A stretch of DNA of 37,957 nucleotides from NCBI GenBank assembly GCA_003154135.1, contig PMCN01000131.1, positions 800 to 38,756 on the forward strand. Reading direction: 5' to 3'. Shown here piece after piece: positions 17,067 to 24,843 of the stretch. This stretch comes from Acidimicrobiaceae bacterium (lineage in GTDB: Bacteria > Actinomycetota > Acidimicrobiia > Acidimicrobiales > Ilumatobacteraceae). Made by a program: the position numbers and the translations under genes. The notes under the pieces were generated by a model. That model was not told where the DNA came from, made no database searches, and saw nothing but the letters and a program-made list of their open reading frames with translations. Within the stretch, counting starts at the first letter, position 1. The number at the start of each line of letters is the position of its first letter.

Positions 17067-18632
17067 CTACCCGGCCTGGAGCACCTTGGTCGCCGTGGTG
17101 ATGCCGTCGCCCTTGATGGCGGTCTCGCCGTTGGCGTTGCCGGCCACCGTGACGGTGACCCACGTGGCCGAACCGTCGGCGCCCACCACCTGCACGGCGT
17201 AGGTGCCGTCGAGGCGTGAGGCCAGTGCGGCGCTCGGCACGAGGAGCACCGAGGTGGTCTGGCTGCGGGTGACGGTGACCTTCACGGTTGCACCGTTGCT
17301 GGTGCCCTGCAGCGGTGCCGCCGGCGTGATGACAGCCTCGACCGTCGCCGTGCCGTTCTGCACCACGCTGCGCAGCTCCGTCACCGTGCCTTCGACCGTG
17401 CCCACCTTCAGCGTGAGACCGGGCACGACGAACGACTCGTCACCGGTGGGAACCGCGATGACCACCTGCTGGCTGCTCCCGGTGAGCGACAGCACGGTGG
17501 TGCCGTCGCCGATCGCCTGGCCGACGGTCACCGACACCGCCGAGACGGTGGCGATGGCGGGCAGGAACACGACCGAACCCAACGTGACCGAACCGGTGAC
17601 GTCGAGGCCGTAGCCGGTCTGCCACCGCTCGACGGCAGCCTTGGTGTTCGAGTCGAAGTGCTCGTCGACCGTCATCTTGTTGTCGCGGTCGTAGCCGAGT
17701 GCAACCAGGCTGAGCTCGAGCTGGCGCACGTCGGGCCCGTCGGTGATGCCCGTCTTCAAGGTGCGCCAGGCCGGGAGGCTGCCGGCCATGGCCACCACGG
17801 GGCGGCTCTCGACCGAGTAGAGGATGGTGCCCAGCCGCACATCGCTGCCGACCGTGATGACCGAGGTGACCACCTGGGTGACCGTGGTGGAGCCCGTGGA
17901 ACCGGTGCCACCGGTGCCCGCGCTGCCGGTGCCGCCGGTGCGCGAGCCGCCGGTGCCACCGCGGGGGGAGGTCGTGGTGGTGGAGCCGCTGTCGACGCAT
18001 GGCTGCGTCGTGGTGGTGCCCGCCGCCGACGTGGTCGACGTGGTCGGGCCGCCGGTGCTGGACGAGGTGACGCTCGGGTCGACGGTCGTGGTCGTTGATG
18101 TCGACGACGTTGACGATGTCGTTGGTGTCGATGTCGTTGGTGTGGTCGTCGGGCCTGAGCCGGTGTTGACCGGGTTGGTGTCGGGCACGCTGTTGCACGT
18201 TCCCGAGCCGGCACCGGATCCGCCGCGACCGGGTGGCAGCGCATTCACGACACCGTTCACGGCAGCGTTCACGGCAGCAAGGCCGGCGGCACCTGTGGCT
18301 GCGCTCGTGCCGGTGCGGCCGTTGCCCGATGTCGTGCCGGTCGACGGGGCCTTCACGGTGACTGCGTTCTGGCCCTCGATGCGGTGCAGCACGTTGGTGA
18401 CGTCGTCGAGCACCACCGAGCCGTTGACCGATTCGGTGGTGGCGAGCGAGCCGGATGTGACCTGCACGGGTCGCAGCACGCTGGGCGCTGCTTTCGATGC
18501 GTTCGAGGTGTGCCTGCGGGAGGCGATCACCGCCACCGCGCCAGTGGCGAGCACGACGACCAGCGCCGCGGCGATGGCGGCGTTGCGTCGGGTGTTGGGG
18601 TTCCGGGTTGCCGGTTGACGAGTCGTGGCCAT
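17067..18632 (-). CDS. HlyD/MFP-like periplasmic adaptor 2 with one peptidoglycan-binding (PG_binding_1) domain and a Thr/Ser/Gly-rich insertion
   Basis: ATG at 18632 inside track ORF 17067..19289; the upstream part is Arg/His/Pro junk overlapping the permease gene. N-terminal TM anchor AAIAAALVVVLATGAVAVIA; PGB motif DVRQLELSLVALGYDRDNKMTVDEHFDSNTKAAVERWQTGYGLDVTGSV; MFP-like C-terminus LLVPSAALASRLDGTYAVQVV...WVTVTVAGNANGETAIKGDGI. Confidence 0.82.
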   Translation of the reverse strand: MATTRQPATRNPNTRRNAAIAAALVVVLATGAVAVIASRRHTSNASKAAPSVLRPVQVTSGSLATTESVNGSVVLDDVTNVLHRIEGQNAVTVKAPSTGTTSGNGRTGTSAATGAAGLAAVNAAVNGVVNALPPGRGGSGAGSGTCNSVPDTNPVNTGSGPTTTPTTSTPTTSSTSSTSTTTTVDPSVTSSSTGGPTTSTTSAAGTTTTQPCVDSGSTTTTSPRGGTGGSRTGGTGSAGTGGTGSTGSTTVTQVVTSVITVGSDVRLGTILYSVESRPVVAMAGSLPAWRTLKTGITDGPDVRQLELSLVALGYDRDNKMTVDEHFDSNTKAAVERWQTGYGLDVTGSVTLGSVVFLPAIATVSAVSVTVGQAIGDGTTVLSLTGSSQQVVIAVPTGDESFVVPGLTLKVGTVEGTVTELRSVVQNGTATVEAVITPAAPLQGTSNGATVKVTVTRSQTTSVLLVPSAALASRLDGTYAVQVVGADGSATWVTVTVAGNANGETAIKGDGITTATKVLQAG

Positions 18633-18640
18633 GTGCGTGC

Positions 18641-19861
18641 TCAGTTCGACCGCAGTGCTTCGGTGGGTGGCAGGCGGGCTGCTCGCGCGGCCGGGTACAG
18701 GCCGGCGATGCCGCCGATGATGACCGCGGCGACGAGGCCGCCGAGGATGGCCACCGGTGGTATCACCACCTGCCAGTGCTGGGTGTTGGCGTAGATCGCG
18801 GTGACGATGGCGCCGAGCACCACGCCCACCAGACCGCCGGCGCCGGCGAGGAGCACGGCCTCGGTGAGGAACTGGCGGCGGATGTGCGCCTTGGTCGCGC
18901 CGAGCGCGCGGCGCAGGCCGATCTCGGTGCGGCGTTCGATGACCGCGATGACCATCACGTTGGCGATGCCGATGCCGCCGACGAGCAGCGCGACTGCGCC
19001 GAGGCCGAGGAACAGCGACGTGAACGCAGTGCTCGCCGCCTGCTGCGCAGCCAGCGCGTCGGACGGGCGTGACACCTGTACCTCTTCGGGGGTGGCGGGG
19101 TTGATGGTGCTGGCGAGCACGCCGCTCACCGCGTCGGTGGCGCCGTCGGCGGTGCGCACGTAGATGGTGGCCGGTGCGATCGCAGCGCCGACGATGTAGG
19201 TCTCGGCCGTGACGAGGCCCACCACCGCCGCACGGTCGAGGCCCGGTGCCGCGGCCACCGGTTGCATGATGCCGATGACGTCGAACCACTTGTCGGCGAT
19301 GTACACGCGCAGCCCGTCGCCGACGCTGGTGATGCCCAGCTTCTGGGCTGCCGTGGCGCCGAGCACGACGGCCGGGTACTGCGCGGTCGCCGCGTCGAGG
19401 AACTTCCCGTCGGCGAGCTTGGCGTGCAGCGTGTCGAGCAGGCCGGGGTCGGCGGCGAAGACACCGATGCCGTTGGTGATGCCCACGTCGATCTGGTCGG
19501 TGCGGCGCACGGTGGCCGTGACAGTGGTGAGCGAGCTGACTGCGGTGACGGGTCCGATGCGGCCGGTCATCGCGACCGCGGTGTCGGGCAGCGTGCCGGT
19601 GCCGCGACCGAAACCCTGGCCCGGGGCCACCTCGAGCAGGTTGGTGCCGAGTGCCTTGATCTTGGAGTTGAGATCGGCCTGCGAGGAGGCCGAGAGGCCC
19701 AGCACGCCCACCATCGCGGCGATGCCGATGGCCACGCCCAGCGTGGAGAGGCTGGTGCGCAGCCGTCGTGAGCGCAGGCCGAGCGAGCCCACGCGCAGCA
19801 CGTCGCCGGGGCGTAGGCGCGACCGCGTGGGGGCCAGGGTGGGGGCGACGGCGACCGTCAC
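18641..19861 (-). CDS. MacB-type ABC permease (FtsX fold with large extracytoplasmic domain)
   Basis: Track ORF 18641..19861. TM1 LSTLGVAIGIAAMVGVLGL, a ~200-aa extracytoplasmic domain, then FtsX region FLGLGAVALLVGGIGIANVMVIAVIERRTEIGLRRALGATKAHIRRQF...GLYPAARAARLPPTEALR. The GTG start overlaps the ATPase stop (GTGA). Confidence 0.92.
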   Translation of the reverse strand: MTVAVAPTLAPTRSRLRPGDVLRVGSLGLRSRRLRTSLSTLGVAIGIAAMVGVLGLSASSQADLNSKIKALGTNLLEVAPGQGFGRGTGTLPDTAVAMTGRIGPVTAVSSLTTVTATVRRTDQIDVGITNGIGVFAADPGLLDTLHAKLADGKFLDAATAQYPAVVLGATAAQKLGITSVGDGLRVYIADKWFDVIGIMQPVAAAPGLDRAAVVGLVTAETYIVGAAIAPATIYVRTADGATDAVSGVLASTINPATPEEVQVSRPSDALAAQQAASTAFTSLFLGLGAVALLVGGIGIANVMVIAVIERRTEIGLRRALGATKAHIRRQFLTEAVLLAGAGGLVGVVLGAIVTAIYANTQHWQVVIPPVAILGGLVAAVIIGGIAGLYPAARAARLPPTEALRSN

Positions 19862-20568
19862 GATGCGGCCATCTCCGTCTCGACCTGCACGTCGCGCTCG
19901 TCGCTCTCGACGCGGCCGTCTCGCATGCTGATGCGGCGCGGCAACGACGATGCGAGCTCGCGATCGTGGGTGATGATGATGACCGTGTTGCCCTCGGAGT
20001 GCAGGTCGCGCACGAGGTCCATCACGGCCACGCCCGACTTCGTGTCGAGGTTGCCGGTGGGCTCATCGGCGAGCACGATGGCCGGCCGATTGACGATGGC
20101 GCGGGCGATGGCGACGCGCTGACGCTCGCCACCGCTCAGCTTGCTCGGCACGTGGTGCATGCGGTTGCCGAGCCCGACGCGTTCGAGTGCCTCGGCGGCC
20201 TCCTTGCGACGTTGCGACGGCGCGACGCCGCGGTACAGCAGGCCGTTGGCCACGTTGTCGAGTGCGGTCATGCCGTCGAGCAGGAAGAACTGCTGGAACA
20301 CGAAACCGAGCAACTGCGACCGCACCGCGGAGAGCTGGCGGTCGGACATGTTGGCGGTGGCCACGCCGGCCAGCAGCACCTCGCCCGACGTGGGCCGGTC
20401 GAGCGTGCCGATGATGTGCAGCAGCGTGGTCTTGCCGGAACCTGAGGGGCCGACGATGCCCACCATCTCACCCTGGTCGACGCGCAGCGACACGGTGTCG
20501 AGCGCGACGACGGGCGGTTCGCCGGGGTACGTCTTCACGACGTCGACGATCTCGAGCGCCGCAGTCAC
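19858..20568 (-). CDS. MacB/LolD-type ABC ATP-binding protein
   Basis: Track ORF 19858..20568. Walker A GPSGSGKTT, Q-loop, signature LSGGERQRVAIARAI, Walker B IVLADEPTGNLD, H-loop ITHD. Confidence 0.95.
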   Translation of the reverse strand: MTAALEIVDVVKTYPGEPPVVALDTVSLRVDQGEMVGIVGPSGSGKTTLLHIIGTLDRPTSGEVLLAGVATANMSDRQLSAVRSQLLGFVFQQFFLLDGMTALDNVANGLLYRGVAPSQRRKEAAEALERVGLGNRMHHVPSKLSGGERQRVAIARAIVNRPAIVLADEPTGNLDTKSGVAVMDLVRDLHSEGNTVIIITHDRELASSLPRRISMRDGRVESDERDVQVETEMAAS

Positions 20569-20617
20569 GACTGCACCGTGACGTTCACGACGGCACCGTG
20601 ACGTTCACGACGGCACC
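20565..20617. repeat. 20-nt tandem repeat, 2 full copies plus a 13-nt partial third, spanning adaptor-1 stop and ATPase start
   Basis: tcacgacTgcaccgtgacgt (20565-84) / tcacgacGgcaccgtgacgt (20585-604) / tcacgacggcacc (20605-17), read directly. On the coding (minus) strand each copy ends in GTCGTGA. Confidence 0.85.
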
Positions 20618-22149
20618 ACGACTTTCGACCCGGCGGTGACGCCGGTGCCCGTGATCGACACGAAGCCGTCGGCGTACATGCCGGGCTTCACGCCGACGAG
20701 CTTGGTGGCGTTGGTGCCGTCGGTGTTCTGACCGGTGACCACCTCGACGGCGAACCCGCCCTCGGCGAGTGCCACGAGTGCGCTCACGGGCACCACGAAC
20801 GCCTGCTTCTCCTCCTGCGCCACCACTTGCAAGGTGACGGGGATCTGCACGAACGCGTCGACGGTCGCAGGCACGCCGGCGACGTCGATGGTGATGGGCA
20901 CCGAGGGCGTGGCACCGGGTGTGTTCGAGGCGTTGGTGGCGACGTTGCCGACCTTCACCACCGTGCCGGGCGACACGGTGCCGTCGGGGAACATCACGTC
21001 GATGGTGGCGCCGACGACGAAGGTGGTGCCGCCCACCGGCGCCGTGGTGGTGATCTCGCGGGCGGCAGTGGTGAGGCTGGTGACCACCGTGTCACCCGTG
21101 GGGATGGCGCCCTCGGCCACGGTCGGTGTGCCGGTGAACAGGCCACCGGGCACCACGATGAAGCTGCCCACCGGCACCGTGACGCTGGCAGGATCGGCAG
21201 GGATGCCGAGCGAACCCAACCACTGCACCACCGCTGCCGATGTGGCGAGATCCCAGTGGTCGTCGATGGTGAGCACCTTGCCCGGGTCGAAGCCGGCCGT
21301 CGACAGGAACGTCTCGAGCAACTTCACGTCGACACCGTCCGACGACTTCGCGTTCAGGGCCCGGGCCAGTGACGGGGTGGTGCTGGCGTCGCCCTCGATG
21401 GCGACGACGGGGAAGCCGTTCTGCCAGAAGAGCACCGTGCCGGTGGTGACGGCGGTGCCCGCAGGTGCGATGTGTGTGATGGCGCCGTGTGCCGGGTTGG
21501 TGGCCGGCAGCAGGAACGAGCGGGCCGTCTGACGGCCCTGCAGCAGCGACGTGCCGGCGCCGACACCCGAGCCCACCGAGGCCGACAGCGTGTCGACCAG
21601 CAGTTCACCGGGGACGAACACGATCTCGCCCTTGGTGACCTTGCCGTCGCCGGTGAGGCCGAGGCTGTCCTCCCACGCGGTGACCGCGGTGGCGGTGGCC
21701 GTGTCGTAGGTCTCGTCGATGGCCATGGTGCCGTTCGGGTCGAAGCCGAGCATCACCAGGTTCGCCTTCAACTGACGCACGTCGATGCCGGTGGTGACAC
21801 CCTTGGAGAGGTCGCGGTACGAGGGCACGTCACCGATCATGGCGACGACGGGCGTGCCGTCGATGGAGGCGACCACCGTGCCGGCGGCGATCTTGGTGCC
21901 GGTGGGCACGATGCTCGTCACCGTGCCGGCCACCGGTGACGAGACGGTGACCGAGGTGGTGAAGCCCAGCGTCGCGGTGGTCTGGTTGTAGGCGACGAGG
22001 TCGCGCTGGGTGATCTCGGCAGTGGTGGTCGTGGCCGTGTGGGTGGACGTGTCGCTCGATGCGGTGGAGGGCCGGGTGGTGAGCCACACCACGACTCCGG
22101 CCGCGGCAAGGACTGCGAGGATCGCGACCGACGTCGCAAGCTTCTTCAC
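20605..22149 (-). CDS. HlyD/MFP-like periplasmic adaptor 1 carrying two peptidoglycan-binding domains
   Basis: Track ORF 20605..22149 (GTG start). TM anchor VAILAVLAAAGVVVWL; lipoyl-like SSPVAGTVTSIVPTGTKIAAGTVVASIDG. PGB1 DVRQLKANLVMLGFDPNGTMAIDETYDTATATAVTAWEDSLGLTGDGKV; PGB2 DVKLLETFLSTAGFDPGKVLTIDDHWDLATSAAVVQWLGSLGIP. C-terminus AFVVPVSALVALAEGGFAVEVV...GFVSITGTGVTAGSKVVVPS. Confidence 0.87.
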   Translation of the reverse strand: MKKLATSVAILAVLAAAGVVVWLTTRPSTASSDTSTHTATTTTAEITQRDLVAYNQTTATLGFTTSVTVSSPVAGTVTSIVPTGTKIAAGTVVASIDGTPVVAMIGDVPSYRDLSKGVTTGIDVRQLKANLVMLGFDPNGTMAIDETYDTATATAVTAWEDSLGLTGDGKVTKGEIVFVPGELLVDTLSASVGSGVGAGTSLLQGRQTARSFLLPATNPAHGAITHIAPAGTAVTTGTVLFWQNGFPVVAIEGDASTTPSLARALNAKSSDGVDVKLLETFLSTAGFDPGKVLTIDDHWDLATSAAVVQWLGSLGIPADPASVTVPVGSFIVVPGGLFTGTPTVAEGAIPTGDTVVTSLTTAAREITTTAPVGGTTFVVGATIDVMFPDGTVSPGTVVKVGNVATNASNTPGATPSVPITIDVAGVPATVDAFVQIPVTLQVVAQEEKQAFVVPVSALVALAEGGFAVEVVTGQNTDGTNATKLVGVKPGMYADGFVSITGTGVTAGSKVVVPS

Positions 22150-22153
22150 CGGG

Positions 22154-22921
22154 TCACCCCGCCGTCGTGGTGGTGCTGCCGTTGTTGGCGGCGAACGCCT
22201 TGGTGATGATGGCCGAGCAGGCGTCGACCGCCTTCTTCACGGTGGGGTCGGTGGCATCGAGGCCGAGCTGGTCGATGAGCCGGGTGGTGGGGTCGAAGCC
22301 TGCTCCGCCGGGCGCGTTCTGGCCGTTGCCGCCGGGCTGGAACGACCCGGGAGGGCCACCGAAGCCACCGTTGGGCACACTGCCGTCCGGGCCGCCGTTG
22401 CCGCCGGTCTGGAACGACCCGGGCGGGCCACCGTTGCCGCCGGCGCCACGTCCGAAGGTGATGTCCTTCACGTTGGGCAAACCGTTGGTGCGCAGGCAGG
22501 CGGTGAAGTCGTTGAACGCAGCCTGGAGGACGGTGGGGTCGAAGTTGCCACGACGGTTGCCGAACAGGTTGACACCCTGGATGAGCGAGCCGCAGGCCTT
22601 CTGGGCGGTCTGGAAGGCGGTGGACCGACGATCCACGCCGGAGTCGCGGCCGAGGCCTCCCCCGGTCATGTTGCCGTTGGCGTCGAAGGTGGGGTCGGCC
22701 ATGTTGACGCCGTTGGTGCGCATGCAGGCGGCGTAGGCGAGGATCTTGTCCTGCGCGTCCTTGGCGCTGATCGTGGTGGTGGTGGCGCCGCCGGTGGGGT
22801 CGCCGCTCGACAGCGTGGCCACCTTGCTGGCGGCGCTGCTGCTACCGCCACAGGCGGCGAGCAGCAGGAGCAGGGACACACCGAGCAGCGCTGCGCGCCG
22901 GGGGGACAGGGCAGATGTCAT
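22154..22921 (-). CDS. Secreted lipoprotein with two-fold internal repeat (4 Cys) and Gly/Pro-rich linker
   Basis: Track ORF 22154..22921. Lipobox LLLLAAC. Repeated module AYAACMRTNGV...AQKACGS / DFTACLRTNGL...AVDACSA. Duplicated GGPPGSFQ(T/P)GGNG. The stop lies 4 nt before the adaptor-1 start. Confidence 0.78.
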   Translation of the reverse strand: MTSALSPRRAALLGVSLLLLLAACGGSSSAASKVATLSSGDPTGGATTTTISAKDAQDKILAYAACMRTNGVNMADPTFDANGNMTGGGLGRDSGVDRRSTAFQTAQKACGSLIQGVNLFGNRRGNFDPTVLQAAFNDFTACLRTNGLPNVKDITFGRGAGGNGGPPGSFQTGGNGGPDGSVPNGGFGGPPGSFQPGGNGQNAPGGAGFDPTTRLIDQLGLDATDPTVKKAVDACSAIITKAFAANNGSTTTTAG

Positions 22922-22952
22922 GGCGTCACCGTGCGCCGGGGTGCTGTGAGTT

Positions 22953-22983
22953 TCCTGAGAGTCCGGTGAGAGTTCGGTGAGAG
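22953..22983. promoter_or_regulatory. Three TGAGAG hexamers phased at 11 nt, upstream of the lipoprotein/ABC operon
   Basis: TGAGAG at 22956-61, 22967-72 and 22978-83, each preceded by TYCGG. On the operon sense strand they read CTCTCA, 35-62 nt upstream of the ATG at 22921. They lie in the intergenic region shared with the divergent D-aminoacylase gene. Confidence 0.3.
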
Positions 22984-23098
22984 CGGTTCAGCAGGGCTTC
23001 AGTTACGGTTCGGTTGCGACCATGGACGGGCCCGGACCAGGCCGCTACGGTCACGACGCCGGTGCCGGGGGGCGCCCGGCGCCCGGGGGGTGAACACG

Positions 23099-24817
23099 AT
23101 GGCGGAGTTCGATGTTCTCGTTCGCAACGGCACAGTGGTCGACGGCACCGGCGCGCCCGCCCGCATCGCCGACGTCGGCATCGCCGGCGACCGGATCGTC
23201 GCTGTCGAACCGCACCTCGACGGCAGCGCCACACGCGTCATCGACGCCGAGGGCCGCCTCGTCACGCCCGGCTTCGTCGACATCCACACCCACCTCGACG
23301 CCCAGCTCGCCTGGGATCCCATCGCCAGCAGCAGCTGCTTCCACGGCATCACCAGCGTGGTGATGGGCAACTGCGGCGTCACGTTCGCCCCCTGCCGCCC
23401 CGGCGACCGCGGGTACCTCGCCGAGCTGATGGAGAGCGTGGAGGACATCCCGCGCGACGCCATCCTGCACGGTCTGCCATGGGACTGGGTGACCTACGGC
23501 GAGTACCTCGCCTCCGTCGGCCGCATGCGCAAGGGCGTCAACGTCGGCGGCATGGTGGGGCACTGTGCGCTGCGCCAGTATGCGATGGGCGAGCGCGGCA
23601 TGGACAAGGAAGTTCCCACCGCCGACGACATGGCCATCATGTGCGACCTGCTCGACGAGGCGATGAAGGCCGGCGCCCTGGGCGTGAGCACCAGCCGCAC
23701 CTATCTGCACAAGGTGCCCGACGGCCGGCCGGTGCCTGGCACCTACGCGCAGCCCGACGAACTGTTCGCCTTCGCCGACGTACTGGCACGTCACGGTGCC
23801 GGCGTGTTCGAGAGCGCGAGCCGCATCGGTGAGGGCGAGCGCGACGACGCCGACGTGCCGCTCACCCGTGCCGAACTGGCGTGGATGGGTGAGGTGAGCC
23901 GGCGCAGCGGTCGCCCGGTGAGCTTCGGCCTCACGCAGCACGACAGCCGGCCCGATCTCTACGCACGTGTCATCGAGTTCGCCAAGCACGAGAACCGCAG
24001 CGGGGCGGTCGTGCGCCCGCAGACCACTGCCCGCAGCGTCGGTGTGCTGTTCAGCCTCGACACGCGCAGCCCGTTCGACCGCGCACCGTCGTGGCGCGAG
24101 CTGCACGGGCTCTACAACGGCAAGAAGCTCACTGCCATCCGCGACGCAGTGTTCCGGTCACGACTCATCGAGGAGGCCGACGCCAACCCGCCGGGGATCG
24201 ACCCCGCGCAGCTGTTCGTGGTCACCCAGCCCGAGGGCGCGCGGTACGACCTCCACCCCGACACGTCGCTCGCCGCCGAGGCCTCTCACCGAGGCATCAG
24301 TGCGGCGGCCGCATACATCGAGCTCATCCTCGAGACCGGTGGCGAGGTGGTGCTCAGCTACCCCTTCCTCAACCAGCGGCTCGAGGCGGTGGAGGCGATG
24401 CTCGACGACCCGCTGGTCACCCTCGGCCTCGCCGACGCCGGTGCTCACGTCGGCCAGATCCTCGACGCCAGCCAACCGACGTTCTTCCTCACCTACTGGA
24501 TCCGCCAGCGCGAGCGGTGGAGCGTGGAAGACGCGGTGCGCCGCCTCACCAGCGACACCGCCGACCTGTTCGGCATCGACGGCCGAGGTCGCCTGCGGCC
24601 GGGAGCATTTGCCGACCTCAACGTCATCGACTGGGACGGGCTGCACCTCCCCGCGCCGACGTATGCGTACGACTTGCCCGGCGGCGCCGGCCGCTACGTG
24701 CAGGGTGCCCGCGGGTACGACGCGACGTTGGTGAACGGTCAGGTGTTCATGGAGCACGGCGAACACACCGGCGCGTTCGCCGGCACGGTGCTGAAGAACG
24801 GTGCCGCCGTCGGTTGA
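23099..24817 (+). CDS. N-acyl-D-amino-acid deacylase (D-aminoacylase) family amidohydrolase
   Basis: Track ORF 23090..24817 (GTG 23090; ATG 23099 preferred). MAEFDVLVRNGTVVDGTGAP...DVGIAGDRIVAV...GRLVTPGFVDIHTHLD; ~570 aa. Confidence 0.88.
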   Translation: MAEFDVLVRNGTVVDGTGAPARIADVGIAGDRIVAVEPHLDGSATRVIDAEGRLVTPGFVDIHTHLDAQLAWDPIASSSCFHGITSVVMGNCGVTFAPCRPGDRGYLAELMESVEDIPRDAILHGLPWDWVTYGEYLASVGRMRKGVNVGGMVGHCALRQYAMGERGMDKEVPTADDMAIMCDLLDEAMKAGALGVSTSRTYLHKVPDGRPVPGTYAQPDELFAFADVLARHGAGVFESASRIGEGERDDADVPLTRAELAWMGEVSRRSGRPVSFGLTQHDSRPDLYARVIEFAKHENRSGAVVRPQTTARSVGVLFSLDTRSPFDRAPSWRELHGLYNGKKLTAIRDAVFRSRLIEEADANPPGIDPAQLFVVTQPEGARYDLHPDTSLAAEASHRGISAAAAYIELILETGGEVVLSYPFLNQRLEAVEAMLDDPLVTLGLADAGAHVGQILDASQPTFFLTYWIRQRERWSVEDAVRRLTSDTADLFGIDGRGRLRPGAFADLNVIDWDGLHLPAPTYAYDLPGGAGRYVQGARGYDATLVNGQVFMEHGEHTGAFAGTVLKNGAAVG

Positions 24818-24843
24818 CGCCGACGTCATCTAGCCTCACCGGC

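Noticed and set aside
20565-20617. CRISPR array or mobile-element terminal repeats for the 20-nt and 7-nt (33271..33313) repeats
   Set aside because: The copies are directly tandem with no spacers. There are no cas genes, no transposase, and no inverted terminal repeats. They are simple tandem duplications or microsatellites.
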